From NCBI GenBank assembly GCA_963666485.2, contig CAXXUO010000003.1, forward strand, positions 192,001 through 256,000: a stretch of 64,000 nucleotides of DNA, read 5' to 3'. Shown piece after piece: positions 1-10,235 of this stretch; position 1 is the first letter of the stretch, and the number at the start of each line of letters is the position of its first letter. The notes below the pieces were generated by a model. It worked only from the letters and a program-made list of their open reading frames with translations. It was not told the DNA's origin and did no database searches. The DNA comes from Syntrophorhabdaceae bacterium. Lineage in GTDB: Bacteria > Desulfobacterota > Syntrophorhabdia > Syntrophorhabdales > Syntrophorhabdaceae. The position numbers and the translations under genes are program-made.

Positions 1-32
1 CATTGTCGCCCCTCAACTGGAACCGCGAGCCT

Positions 33-217
33 TCAAGGACCAGCTTGAATGTCTTGTCTTTGTTTGGCGTTGTCCATGGGGCTTAAAGCGTACCCCACTA
101 TTATCAATGCAACCAGTTTAGCGTACCACGGTGTCCTCGGTGTCGTGAGCATAAGTAAAGCGCATGTGCTTCTTGTTTGAGCTTTCTAGTCCCTGTTTTC
201 CATTTATTTACATCCAT
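33..217 (-). pseudogene. YkvA/DUF1232-family membrane protein remnant (frameshifted, truncated)
   Basis: Manual translation gives MDVNKWKTGTRKLKQEAHALYL, then after a 1-nt frameshift near 140 PRTPWYAKLVALIIVGYALSPMD. This is the typical DUF1232 N-terminus; similarity stops where DLIPD should follow. Confidence 0.7.
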
Positions 218-480
218 CGCGAATTTTTACCATAATTTAGCACCTGAATATTGGGAATTTGAAAGTAGAAATTCGCGCTGGTGACTTTTTTCGGTGGGGG
301 GAAGGGGGTAGGGCAAGTATCGGGTCGGGTCGTTCCGTCGATTCTCGGGCATTCTAGAGGGCCTTTATGCGCGCCGCCATGGTTTGGACAGATTGACAAA
401 ATGACAACTCTGAAAAACCGAAAAATAAGTAACCAGGCTTAATATTTCTGAAGCCTGGTGTCAAAGCAGAAAGGCGGAGA

Positions 481-1764
481 TCACGTCGTGTACCTGACGA
501 CAACCACCGTTTTCATTTTGTCACTCCCTACTTTGAAAAACGTCTGAACGAAAAAGGACACATACGTATTGATTATCAATCCGCCCAGCCGGTGGCCGTT
601 TACGAAGTCGTTGAAGACTCTAGGCTACTGAAAACATTGGCTATTGGGACTACTCTTGATCTAGAAGTGGTTCACAAACTTGATGAACTGGGGTGGCCCA
701 CAGTCGAGTCGTATTGGAAAAGCAATACGCTATACTCTGGACGGGGATATGATCTTTCCCCAAAACAGCCTCAGCATGACGCAACTTTCATGTGCAATCT
801 GCCCGATTTCAGGCCGCCACCTGATGGTGGTGGGTTTGCAGTTGATGTATCATTGCTGCCCAGGTTCGATCATAAAACAGCGCATAAGCCAAGATGTGAG
901 GAATTGTATACACCGCCGCTGCTCATCATACCGGAATCCCCCGGTGGTTCCCGATTTTCTCCCAAGTCATTGATAGTGCGGAAACAATCGACGGTCTTCA
1001 GAAAAAGCTATTACGGTTTTTCCACACATGGCAGCGAGGAGGGAGATTTAATAATAGCACTTCTTCATCTGATTACTCATGCAGATCTATTCAGTTATCA
1101 CGTTTTATTAACAAGTTCGAGAATGGGTGCAGAGCGAAGAACCTTCTTAAAAGAGAATCTTGAGAATTTCCCGTTCCCTCCTACGAGTATACTGTCGGCA
1201 AGGCAACGACGATACGCTCTAGAACTGTCTGGCCAACTCGAAGCCGGCCACAAACCATGGAATACAATCAACGATTTCATTTTTGATCTGTACGGCTTAG
1301 ATAGCTATGACCGTCAGGTTGTCAAAGATAGGCCTAGGGTAGCCGCACCGTTCAAGGAGGCGCGGGAACGGGCCAATAGTGTTCCGGCAAAAGAGGATCG
1401 TAACGCTTTTTATGGGGAACTTCAGCGATTGCTCGCCCCGTCCTTTGATATCACCGATGAAACAGTGTCAATCGATGAGGTTGAGATTTCGAAACTAGAC
1501 ATTTTGTCTCCTTGGTATTTCTTTACTATCGCTTCACGTTCCACGTCCCTGAGACTGACGAAAACGGCGCACAACAATGCATTTTCTCGAATTATCGAAC
1601 AAGCCAACAAAACAGGTTGCAGCAGAGTTGCCATCCACGGCAAGGGATTTCTCCTTGTGGGGATCATTGGCCAATATCGTTATTGGACACCAAGCCGCGC
1701 TCGTCTGTTTGTCATAGACATTCTCCGCCATCACCTTGATGCGTTCCCCATTAGGAGCAACTGA
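481..1764 (+). pseudogene. 5'-truncated C-terminal (target-recognition) part of a type IIG-like N6-adenine DNA methyltransferase
   Basis: The frame is open from 433 with no good start or RBS. It has a TaqI_C-like segment (PLLII...ALLHLITHADLFSYHVLLTSSRMGAERRTFLKENLENFPFP) and the tail INDFIFDLYGL. No NPPY or SAM-binding motif is present. Confidence 0.55.
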
Positions 1765-2449
1765 TGGCTGTAGGTTTCTTCACCCAGGGCATAGAATTCA
1801 CATTACCTCACCCACAAATCCCACCACGTACCATCCTGCTTCTCTGTAAAGTAATCCACAAGGCATGGCAGCTTCTTAAAGAGAATCCTCCCGACGATTT
1901 TGTTTTACAGTCGGCAGATGAAGATAGAATTACCCAAGTGATGGTGGAAATCATTGAAAACCGCCTGCGAAGACACGGTGAAGTTGATGGATTTGACTGT
2001 GGACGGTTTGGTAGGGTGAGCCGCGAACCTAAGATTACAAACTTTGACAAGAAACATCCCGATAAGATGCCCGACATATTTTTCGATCTAAAAAGGGATC
2101 AATATGCAGTCCTCAGTGATCAAGATGGACTTTTTGTGGAATGCAAGCCCGTTGATAATGGACACCCGATTCTATCTTGTTATTGCCAAAAGGGATTGGT
2201 ACGGTTTGTCAAAGGCGACTACGCCTGGGCCATGCAGGATGCTATGATGGTTGGCTATGTTACGGAGGATTATTCATTTGAAAAGCTCACATCTATCCTT
2301 GATGATAGACAAAAAAGTGTATTATTGAGGACAAGTAGCCATCGCAACACGCCGTTTACCTTTCAAACCACAAAAGAGAGTTCGAATGGCTGGAGAGTCA
2401 TGGCCAAGCATGCCCTATATCGATAACACACCTTTGGTTGCCACTGTAA
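1764..2449 (+). CDS. Putative PD-(D/E)xK nuclease coupled to the methylase, with a frameshift near the 3' end
   Basis: The ATG overlaps the upstream stop (TGATG). Motif MPDIFF...FVECK is followed by GLVRFVKGDYAWAM. An alternative frame from about 2349 reads HAVYLSNHKREF...ISITHLWLPL* (stop 2447-2449), a more plausible C-terminus than the ORF-track end at 2426. Confidence 0.55.
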
Positions 2450-2624
2450 TTTCCAGTCTGGAAACGATGCTTATAGGGACTTAGGTTTGTCCTATTTAGC
2501 GCAACCGCTTCCATAAATCCTATTCAAACTGTTAGAAAGGGGGCCTATCCAAATACAATAGTGCGAAATAGTGCCGATAGCTTCTTGAACCCTTTGATAG
2601 TCAATGGTTTACAGCCTATAAAGC

Positions 2625-2652
2625 TGGGTTCGATTCCCATGCACTTCCGCCA
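2625..2652 (+). other. selC: 3' fragment of tRNA-Sec (T-arm, acceptor strand, GCCA) serving as an att direct repeat; not a complete tRNA
   Basis: TGGGTTCGATTCCCATGCACTTCCGCCA has a T-loop (TTCGATT) and an acceptor end CTTCCGCCA as in bacterial selC. There is no D-arm or anticodon arm upstream. An integrase C-terminus ends 16 nt downstream, and AATAGTGC is repeated at 2557 and 2567. Confidence 0.75.
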
Positions 2653-2668
2653 TTTATTGTTGAAATCA

Positions 2669-2960
2669 TTAGGATTTGTTCTTGTGTTTTCCCGCTAATT
2701 CACGCTGAGATTTAAGGGAAACCACTTTGGGGGTTCTTTCGAGGATGGCCCTTCTCGCGGATGCCTCTATCTTCCCATAAGGCTTCACGCTGTCCAGTCG
2801 CGCCCAATCGCCGGCCATTTGAAGATCATATATGCTATATCCCTCTTCGTTGATTAGCTGAGAGGCGGTAGAATGTTTTGTCCCATGGTAAAGGTTTATA
2901 TCCTCGCCTACGGCCTTACAGGCGGTATGCCAGAGGGTGCTGAGAGTCTTGTGGGTAGAA
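2669..2960 (-). pseudogene. Tyrosine recombinase/integrase C-terminal remnant
   Basis: LYHGTKHSTASQL...DLQMAGDWARLDSVKPY resembles the box II HxxR(K)H...LG(H/W)...Y motif. The N-terminus is missing and the gene points toward the selC fragment. Confidence 0.7.
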
Positions 2961-3100
2961 AGCCTACAAAGTGGAACCACGGTTCCGGTTTCGGTTCCTG
3001 AACGTGTTATCCGACCCTTAACCAAAATCAAAGACCCCGAAGAACAAAAAGAGATCTACCAAAAGGCGGTCGAAACAGCACCGAGGGGGAGGGTAACAGC
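2950..3100 (+). pseudogene. Fragment of a phage/MGE DNA-binding protein
   Basis: QSGTTVPVSVPERVIRPLTKIKDPEEQKEIYQKAVETAPRGRVTA resembles the ERxxRPL...PEEQ...AVE.AP.GKVTA segment of phage proteins. It has no start of its own. Confidence 0.45.
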
Positions 3101-3751
3101 GATCTTCCAATCTTCGACCAATTGATTAAGAGTAAATTGGTCGCTGATTTCAAGGATGGAGCAAAAATTATATGGAGGTTCGTTTTTGCGTAGGGCTGGC
3201 TTTCCGTGAATAAAGGGGTAGGAGGGTGTCCAGGGGAAGATTCTTTTTTGATTGTCTAGGTATCGTTTAGGGATCCCCTCCCTTCTGAGATGCATGAAAG
3301 ATACGGCGTTGTGGATAACTTGTCTGCAATTTGCGGACATGCCTATTTTGGATACTGTACCCATTCCTAAGACGAAATATTATCATTTATGTGAACATGG
3401 TCGGGGTATGCGGGCCCCACGGGGAGTTCCTTTTCGTATTCAGAGGTATGGAGGGTGTCTGGAAGAAAAGAATTTTTCTTTCAACGGTCATTCGTATAGG
3501 TCCGCGACAACAGATTCTACTGGGAACGTTACGGCACGTATTGAGGAGTACTGCAAAGGGAAGTAAACGGGCATACACAAACTGAGTATCCGCTGATGCC
3601 GAGAATACGTCCCGATTCTCCTGGATGCTATTGTCCTTAAGAGGGTGGGAAGATGGAAGTGATTTCCAAAAAAATGGTCCAATTAAATGGGGCTCTAGCG
3701 CAGTTGTTGAAGACTTTGAATATACACAGATGAAAGCGTCAGGCAGAGCAA

Positions 3752-6700
3752 CTACGCGTCAAGCACCTTCCGAACCCTCAGAAGCAACTCGTTGACTGAA
3801 AGTGGTTTGGATATGAAATCGAAACTTCCGTCTTCAATCCCTTTATCAAGGACTATGTCTCGGGTGTATCCGCTGGTAAAGATCACCTTGATGCGAGGGT
3901 TCATTCCATGCATCTCTTCATAAGTCTCACGCCCGTTCTTTCTGGGCATTACGGAATCAAGGATGACGAGATCTATACCCGGGTGCTGTCTGAACTTCTC
4001 TATTGCGTCTTCACCATCAACCGATTCAATAGTCTTGTAGCCGTATCTGTCAAGCATATCCCGAATAAGAGTCCTCACAGGTTCATCGTCTTCAGCAATA
4101 AGGATTATCTCATTTCCCGTTACAACTGCAACCGATTCATCTTCTTTTTGATCTACCGCTGCATTGACCGAAGGAAGATAGATGCGGAAGGTGGTTCCAC
4201 GTCCTGGCTCGCTGTAGACGTTGACAAATCCGTTGTGCTGTTTGACTATACCGTAGACGGTGGCAAGACCGAGGCCCGTACCTTTTCCAGTTTCTTTGGT
4301 GGTAAAGAAAGGATCGAAAATCTTCTCAAGAATAGTTTCGTTCATCCCGACGCCCGTATCTGAGATACTTATCAGCACGTACCTCCCCGGATCTCCGTAT
4401 CCGTGCGCATCAACGAATCCTGAGTCGATATTGGCGATGGACGTTTCGATAACGATCATCCCGCCTTTCGGCATGGCGTCCCGCGCATTGGCCGCAAGAT
4501 TGAAGAGGACCTGGTCGATCTGTGACCTGTCTGCCATGACAATGGTATCTTCCCGGGTAAGGTTCATGCACAGTTCGATGTCTTCCGTCAGCAGCCTCTT
4601 GAGCAGTTTCTGCGTCGCCTCTATCGTCTCGTTTATGTTAAGAGAGACAAGGTCAACGGGCTGCTTCCTGCTGAACGTCAGCAGGTTCTGGGTAAGGTCA
4701 GCCGCTTTCTGGGAAGCGAGGATGATCTGGTCTACATATGGTTTCAGGGAACTGTCGCTCTTCGCTTTCATCTGTACGAGGGTGGCGTATCCCATGAGAG
4801 CGGTGAGGATATTATTGAAGTCATGTGCTATGCCGCCAGCCAGAGTCCCCACAGACTCCATCTTCTGGGCGTGGCGGAGACTTGACTCAAGATGCCTCAA
4901 TTGGGTAATGTCCTCGCAGGTTACCAGATAATCACGGGAAGCAATTAGAGAACTGCTAAAACTAACAATCTTCTGCGTTCCATCCTTGCAGGTGATGGTG
5001 AATATCCTCTTGTTCTGCGTTCCGGGCTTGATGTTTTCCACGTCTTCCGCCCAGACCGACATGACATTTCTCCTGTAGGACTCGTTCGGAAATGCTTTGC
5101 TGAACCACGTCTCGTTATCGGGGACATCGGACAGATAATAGCCGAAAAGTTCGGTGAACTTGTCATTGATATAGGTAATCTTCCCCTCGTCATTGACAAG
5201 AACCATCCCGAAGGGGGCACTGTCAGAAAGGGTCCGCAGCCTCTCCCTCTCTCTGGCGATCTCTTCCTGGGCCAGTCTGCGCTCGGTAATGTCCACACAG
5301 ATACCTTCGTAATAGAGGACTTTCCCGGATGAATCGAAGGCGGCCCGTGAATTGACTGAGACCCAGAATTTCGTATGGTCCTTACGGTATATCTGGGTCT
5401 CAAAATCAACTGCTGTCCCTTGTTTCCCTATTGTTTCTGTAAATCGTTCCCGTTCCTCGGGGTCCACGTAATGCTGTTGTTTGATATCGGTGATACTTGA
5501 GATCATCTCTTCGGGGGATTCATAGCCGCACATCTTTGCCATCGTAGGATTGACGTCGATGAACCGCCCTTCCGGCGCTGACTGGAAAATGCCTTCTACG
5601 GCATTCTCAAAGATATTCCTGTATTTTTGCTCGCTCTTAACCAGTGCGGCCTCTTTTTCCTTTATATCTGTGATATCATGTCCTTCCGCACTCAGGTAGA
5701 CGATCTCCCCTGTTTCGTTCCTTGACGGTCTGAGGGGAAAAATCAATCTGACGGATAACGCCGTCTCCACTGACATGGGTTGTTTCGAATCCTACAGACT
5801 TGCCCTTGGATACCTTTATTATGGCATCTCTCACTCTGTCCTGCTCCCTTCGTGAATGAGACCACCAGGGCGTTTCCCAGAACGGTTTTTCCGATCACGT
5901 CGGATTCGGTTTGCCCGACAAAATCAAGGGCTACCTTGTTCGCGATCACGACCCTGCCTTCAGTGTCCAGAAGCCCCATGAACTGAAAAGTCTGGTCAAA
6001 AACAGTGTTCAGCATCTCTTCGGAAGCGCGAAGCCGCATCTCAGCTCTCTTGCGTTCCGTAATGTCGCTCGCGCAACCCTGGAACCCGATGATCTTGCCG
6101 GCGTCATCCGTCAAGGGCACAGCGTTCGTAACATGCCAGCGGCATGAGCCGTCAGCATGGCAGAACACGGTATTCGATACCCGTTTGCCGCTCGCCCGTT
6201 TCAATCGTCGTCTTCAGGAAAGCTTCATACTTTTCAACATCTTCTGGATGGACGAACTGATGGAAGGACTTTCCGGCAGCCTCACGTGCAGGGTATCCGA
6301 TGAGCAGATCAAAGCTTGGTGAGACAAAAGTGAAGATTCCTTCGGGGGTAAGGGTATAGCGGACATCGTGGCTGTTCTCGACGAGCAAACGGTATTTCTC
6401 TTCACTGCTCCTGATATCCGCTTCCGTGGTTTTCTGCTCAATAAGCTTGCCCAGCCTTCGCGCTATGGCGTCAATGAGGTTTCTTTCTTCTTTCAGAAAT
6501 GGGTCCTCGGCGCATGTAAGCATATCCTCAAGATAGAATGTTTCAACGGCGCCGATAAGCTTTTCCCGGGATATGATACTGGCGGCAAGTTTGGAGGAGG
6601 TTTCCTTGAAGTTGTCTGTCCTGAATTCCTGGATTCCGTAGATGATACGGCTGCAGGCAACGTCGGAATGCTGCCGGGCCCCGGGGCAGGAGATTTACGA

Positions 6701-6929
6701 TACCTTGAAGGACCTCATCCAGGGTAATGCGAGGTTCATTAACAATGCTTGCTATCCCGTAAAGACAACTAAGTTCCTTTGCACGCTCACGGAGATCATG
6801 TTCCTGTTTTCGAATTGTTTCTTTCAGACCATTAATCTCGGCTTGCAGCGCCTCAACGTTAGCGGGCCCGTTTCGCGTGACCTCGGGTTCGCCGATGGGC
6901 CGACTTTCGGTTTCATTCTTATTGTTCAT
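3752..6929 (-). pseudogene. Multi-PAS hybrid sensor histidine kinase (PAS repeats, HisKA, HATPase, REC) split by four frameshifts
   Basis: ORFs 6543-6929, 6152-6523, 5743-6204 and 3752-5776 join into one protein if single bases near 6683, 6165, 5888 and 5735 are removed (3174 nt, 1058 codons). Motifs include the H-box [13 protein letters not shown]-boxes DTGVG and GTGLGL, and a C-terminal receiver. Confidence 0.8.
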
Positions 6930-7539
6930 ATGAACAGTCTCATATATTTATCGGCTATATGATGGAAAGTATATACCCTTTCATTGCTTTTTGCACAAGC
7001 TGGTTATATCGGGGGAGATTTCTGAAAATTCCGCCCACTTTTTTGAGAAGCATTTTTGTACGGGAAGGAGACGGAAACCGGGGGAAAGAGCCCCGGCTGG
7101 AAATAGGGTGGCACCAGAGGCCTCACCGGGAAAAAATGCTTTCTAACGTGAACCTTGGACCAATTGGTTAAGAGCCAACTGCCGGACAATTTTCTATTGA
7201 AAGACCAAAAATTGTTGACACTTTTGTTTTTACGGACACAGTTCTTTGAAAAGGGGTATAGGGGGGTCCGGAGTAAGGATTCCTTTTTTTGCCATGAAGG
7301 GATCATATCGGGGGTGACGGTATCGACGGCAGATAATTTTCGTTTATGTGAATACGGTTGGGATAAACGGTCCCCCGTGGGGTTCCATTTGGTTTTCAGG
7401 GGTGTAGGGGGGGGTCGGTATAAAAGAATTCTTTTGGATGGATGGGTTTTTGTTTTGATGGATACGGACAGCATGACTGGGGTTAAAGTCTACCCACCCT
7501 GTTGTTGGTGGCATCGCTTCAAACGATACCGTTACCGAT

Positions 7540-7820
7540 ATCGGGGTTATTATCGACGATCAAGGCGAACCTTGGTGGGTAGCGAAGGATGTGTGTGAGG
7601 TTCTTGAGCTAAAGAACCACAAAAAAGCCGTCACCGCCCTCGATAAAGATGAGGTAACTTTAACTTACCTCATAGACTCTATAGGAAGGAGGCAAGAAAC
7701 CCTTATCATCAACGAGCCTGGCCTTTATCGCCTTATCATGCGGAGTCGGAAAAAAGAGGCTCTTGAATTTCAACGGTGGGTTTTTCATGAGGTTTTGCCT
7801 CAGATCAGGAGAACGGGGCA
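7540..7820 (+). pseudogene. BRO-N (phage antirepressor N-terminal) domain lacking its own start codon
   Basis: IGVIIDDQGEPWWVAKDVCEVL...INEPGLYRLIMRSRKKEALEFQRWVFHEVLPQIRRTG is a canonical BRO-N. There is an in-frame stop at 7474 and no ATG before the domain. Confidence 0.85.
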
Positions 7821-8145
7821 TTGGGGGTTTCCCCTTTTCCATCGTTTAAAACGATAGTATTTTTTTCGTCGGTATCGAGCCATGAAATAGTATCAAGGGT
7901 GTCAATCGGTTTGACCCCCTTCCATTGCTCTGGAACGTGGTTTGTCCTTGCGGATCTCTGTGCGATACTGGAGATAGGAAATCCCTCTGATGTTGCCAAA
8001 AGACCTGACCAGGATGACCTCGATACTGTCGAGGTCATAGACTCAATAGGGCGAAAACAAAGGGTAAATGCGGTAAATAAATTTGATGATGACGAAAAGG
8101 GTATAACTTCAAGTTACACCCTTGGCGGTGAACAAGATATGTTGG
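7820..8145. other. Array of four additional BRO-N internal fragments (two on each strand)
   Basis: Minus strand: HVPEQWKGVKPIDTL and ISWLDTDEKNTIVLNDGKGETPN. Plus strand: WFVLADLCAILEIGNPSDVAKRPDQDDLDTVEVIDSIGRKQRVNAVN and FDDDEKGITSSYTLGGEQDML. All map to the variable segment after the BRO-N LDxDE motif. Confidence 0.7.
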
Positions 8146-8159
8146 GCCAGCCATAGCGC

Positions 8160-8306
8160 TTAGTCTTCTTGGGGTTCCAGGTCGTTGATGAATCTCTCGA
8201 TCTCCGACTCTTTAAATAGCGTACGGCCCCCGAGCTTGACGTGTTTGATTTCGCCAGCCGACATGAGTCTATAAAGATTTGCTTTGGATATCTTTAATAA
8301 ACCCAT
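8160..8306 (-). CDS. Excisionase-like helix-turn-helix protein (HTH_17 type), 48 aa
   Basis: Manual translation MGLLKISKANLYRLMSAGEIKHVKLGGRTLFKESEIERFINDLEPQED. It is below the ORF-track cutoff and may be slightly 5'-eroded. Confidence 0.75.
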   Translation of the reverse strand: MGLLKISKANLYRLMSAGEIKHVKLGGRTLFKESEIERFINDLEPQED

Positions 8307-8342
8307 CGTATCGTTTATCAAGACATGGTCAGAGGAGACATC

Positions 8343-9026
8343 ATGGAAGGCAAGTTCATAGGCTATCTCAGGGTATCCACGACAAAGCAGGGAGATTCAG
8401 GGCTTGGTATTGAAGCACAACGTAAAGCAATGACCGATTACCTCAATGGGGGGAAGTGGAACCTCCTGAGGGAGTTTGTCGAGATTGAATCAGGCAAACG
8501 TGATGACAACAGACCAAAACTTAATGAGGCATTGCAGGCTTGCAAGAGGACTAAGGCAACTCTCTTGATAGCCAAGCTTGACCGACTCTCAAGGAATGTC
8601 ACCTTCATCTCATCCCTTATGGATTCCGACATTGAATTCGTAGCCTGTGATTTTCCCCATGCTAATAAGCTAACCGTCCATATATTGGCAGCAGTGGCGC
8701 AACATGAGCGTGAGATGATAAGCAAAAGAACGAAGGAAGCGTTGCAGGCAGCAAAGGCAAGGGGCGTTAAGCTTGGAAGCCCTGTAGGGTTGTCTGAGGA
8801 GGCTATAAAGAACGGTGTGCGGAAGTCTCGGGAGGTTAGGATAGCCAAGGCAAACGAGCACGCTGAAAGGATACATGGGATTATCAAAGGGTATCAGAGT
8901 GAAGGCCTGTCGCTACGTGCTGTTGCGCGGAAACTCACAGAGGAAGGCGAACTGACCCCAAGAGGGAAGGATTGCAAATGGACACCGACAACGGTCAAAA
9001 ACGTGTTGAAGAGAGTGGAGGAGTAA
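8343..9026 (+). CDS. Serine recombinase (resolvase catalytic domain plus short recombinase domain)
   Basis: Motifs YLRVST (catalytic Ser), AKLDRLSR, ERxMISKRTK and C-terminal TPRG..WTPTTVKNVL; AGGAG RBS upstream. Confidence 0.9.
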   Translation: MEGKFIGYLRVSTTKQGDSGLGIEAQRKAMTDYLNGGKWNLLREFVEIESGKRDDNRPKLNEALQACKRTKATLLIAKLDRLSRNVTFISSLMDSDIEFVACDFPHANKLTVHILAAVAQHEREMISKRTKEALQAAKARGVKLGSPVGLSEEAIKNGVRKSREVRIAKANEHAERIHGIIKGYQSEGLSLRAVARKLTEEGELTPRGKDCKWTPTTVKNVLKRVEE

Positions 9027-9229
9027 AATAGGAGCTTTCCTTCTTTCGTGTGGGAGCAGGCATCTGTTTTTTTGTAATACTCTTGACAATACTTGCACTG
9101 CACTCGTATCATCATGTTACACAATAAAGATTTGGGAAGTGTTATTAGGGCACAATGTGGTTTGGAGGGTATCATAGGTGTCATCGATTTTGTGGCTCCT
9201 CAGTGATTCTTTAATCTTTGGTTTTTCGA

Positions 9230-10009
9230 ATGAACGACAATAGAAAAAGCCCCAGCGGTAACACGTCACTTGTCTTGTATAATCAATCGAATGGTGTTTG
9301 TCCGATATGCGGTCGACCTTTGATGTATGAAAAAAGTGGCCGCAAGCACAAAGGTTTTCAAGCAGCGCATATATATCCTAATAGTCCAACGAAGGCAGAA
9401 GAGGAGCTCCTCAAGGATGAAGAACGATTAAGTTTAGATGTCAATCATGAGGCCAACTTAGTCCCGTTGTGCCTTGTTTGCCATGGAAGGTTTGACAAAC
9501 CACGCACAGTGCCTGAATACAGAGAGCTAGTGTCTGTAAAGAAAACACTGCAGAAGCAGGCAGAAGAAAGGGAATTGTGGTATGAATACAATCTTGAAAG
9601 CGATATTCGTCAGATTATTGAAACATTGAGTAATCTTGAAGAAACAGATGATGAATGTAAATCTCAATTTTCATATGATGTCAGGAAAGTTGACCAAAAA
9701 ACAGATGCTTCACTTTCCAACCTCACTAAACAAAAAATCAAAACCAATGTTCGTTATTATTTTAATGAGGTAAGGAAAACGTTTGCTGCCGTAGATTCAG
9801 AGAAGCTAAATACTGCTAATATCATCGCATCTCAAGTTAAGATATATTATTTAAAACAAAAGCAGAAAAAATTTAGCCAACAAGAAATATATGATAATTG
9901 CGTAAAATGGATTGATGCTAAGACAAAACATCGGTCTTCCGACGCGTGCGAAATCATTGTCTCGTTCTTTATACAGAATTGCGAGGTATTTGATGATAAC
10001 CCCAAGTAA
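9230..10009 (+). CDS. lmuA: Lamassu/ABC-three-component effector: HNH nuclease plus C-terminal domain
   Basis: HNH/Zn motifs CPICG...AAHIYP...NLVPLCLVCHGRFD. The C-terminus IIVSFFIQNCEVF is typical of ABC-3C CTDs. First gene of an overlapping three-gene operon. Confidence 0.8.
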   Translation: MNDNRKSPSGNTSLVLYNQSNGVCPICGRPLMYEKSGRKHKGFQAAHIYPNSPTKAEEELLKDEERLSLDVNHEANLVPLCLVCHGRFDKPRTVPEYRELVSVKKTLQKQAEERELWYEYNLESDIRQIIETLSNLEETDDECKSQFSYDVRKVDQKTDASLSNLTKQKIKTNVRYYFNEVRKTFAAVDSEKLNTANIIASQVKIYYLKQKQKKFSQQEIYDNCVKWIDAKTKHRSSDACEIIVSFFIQNCEVFDDNPK

Positions 10010-10235
10010 GTTCACTCCCTTAGAAAAATCCGTAATTTTCAAAATGATTTATCTATTGGAACCTGAATTTCACGGTAAGGAGATGAAAATCGTTGAATTG
10101 TATCGGAAGGTTGAAAAGAAATTTACTGGCATAGACGAATTCATATACTCAATTGATATTCTGTATATTCTAGGTTATGCCGATGTTGATTTTGCCAGAG
10201 GAGTGTTGAGGTATGCTCACAGAGATAATATGTGA
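9993..10235 (+). CDS. lmuC: Lamassu/ABC-three-component middle component (small wHTH-like), 80 aa
   Basis: MITPSKFTPLEKSVI...EFIYSIDILYILG matches the middle-component pattern. It overlaps both neighbours and has a GAGG RBS. Confidence 0.75.
   Translation: MITPSKFTPLEKSVIFKMIYLLEPEFHGKEMKIVELYRKVEKKFTGIDEFIYSIDILYILGYADVDFARGVLRYAHRDNM

Noticed and set aside
2600..2652. Complete tRNA gene
   Set aside because: Only the T-arm and 3' acceptor strand are present. There is no 5' acceptor strand, D-arm or anticodon arm.
3100..3700. Several overlapping 60-100 aa ORFs
   Set aside because: No RBS, motifs or consistent frame; probably decayed DNA.
7004..7474. ORFs and G-rich tracts (also near 295-311 and 3214-3237) as genes, cos sites or G-quadruplexes
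   Set aside because: The translations look non-coding and the tracts share no precise consensus, so no function can be supported.
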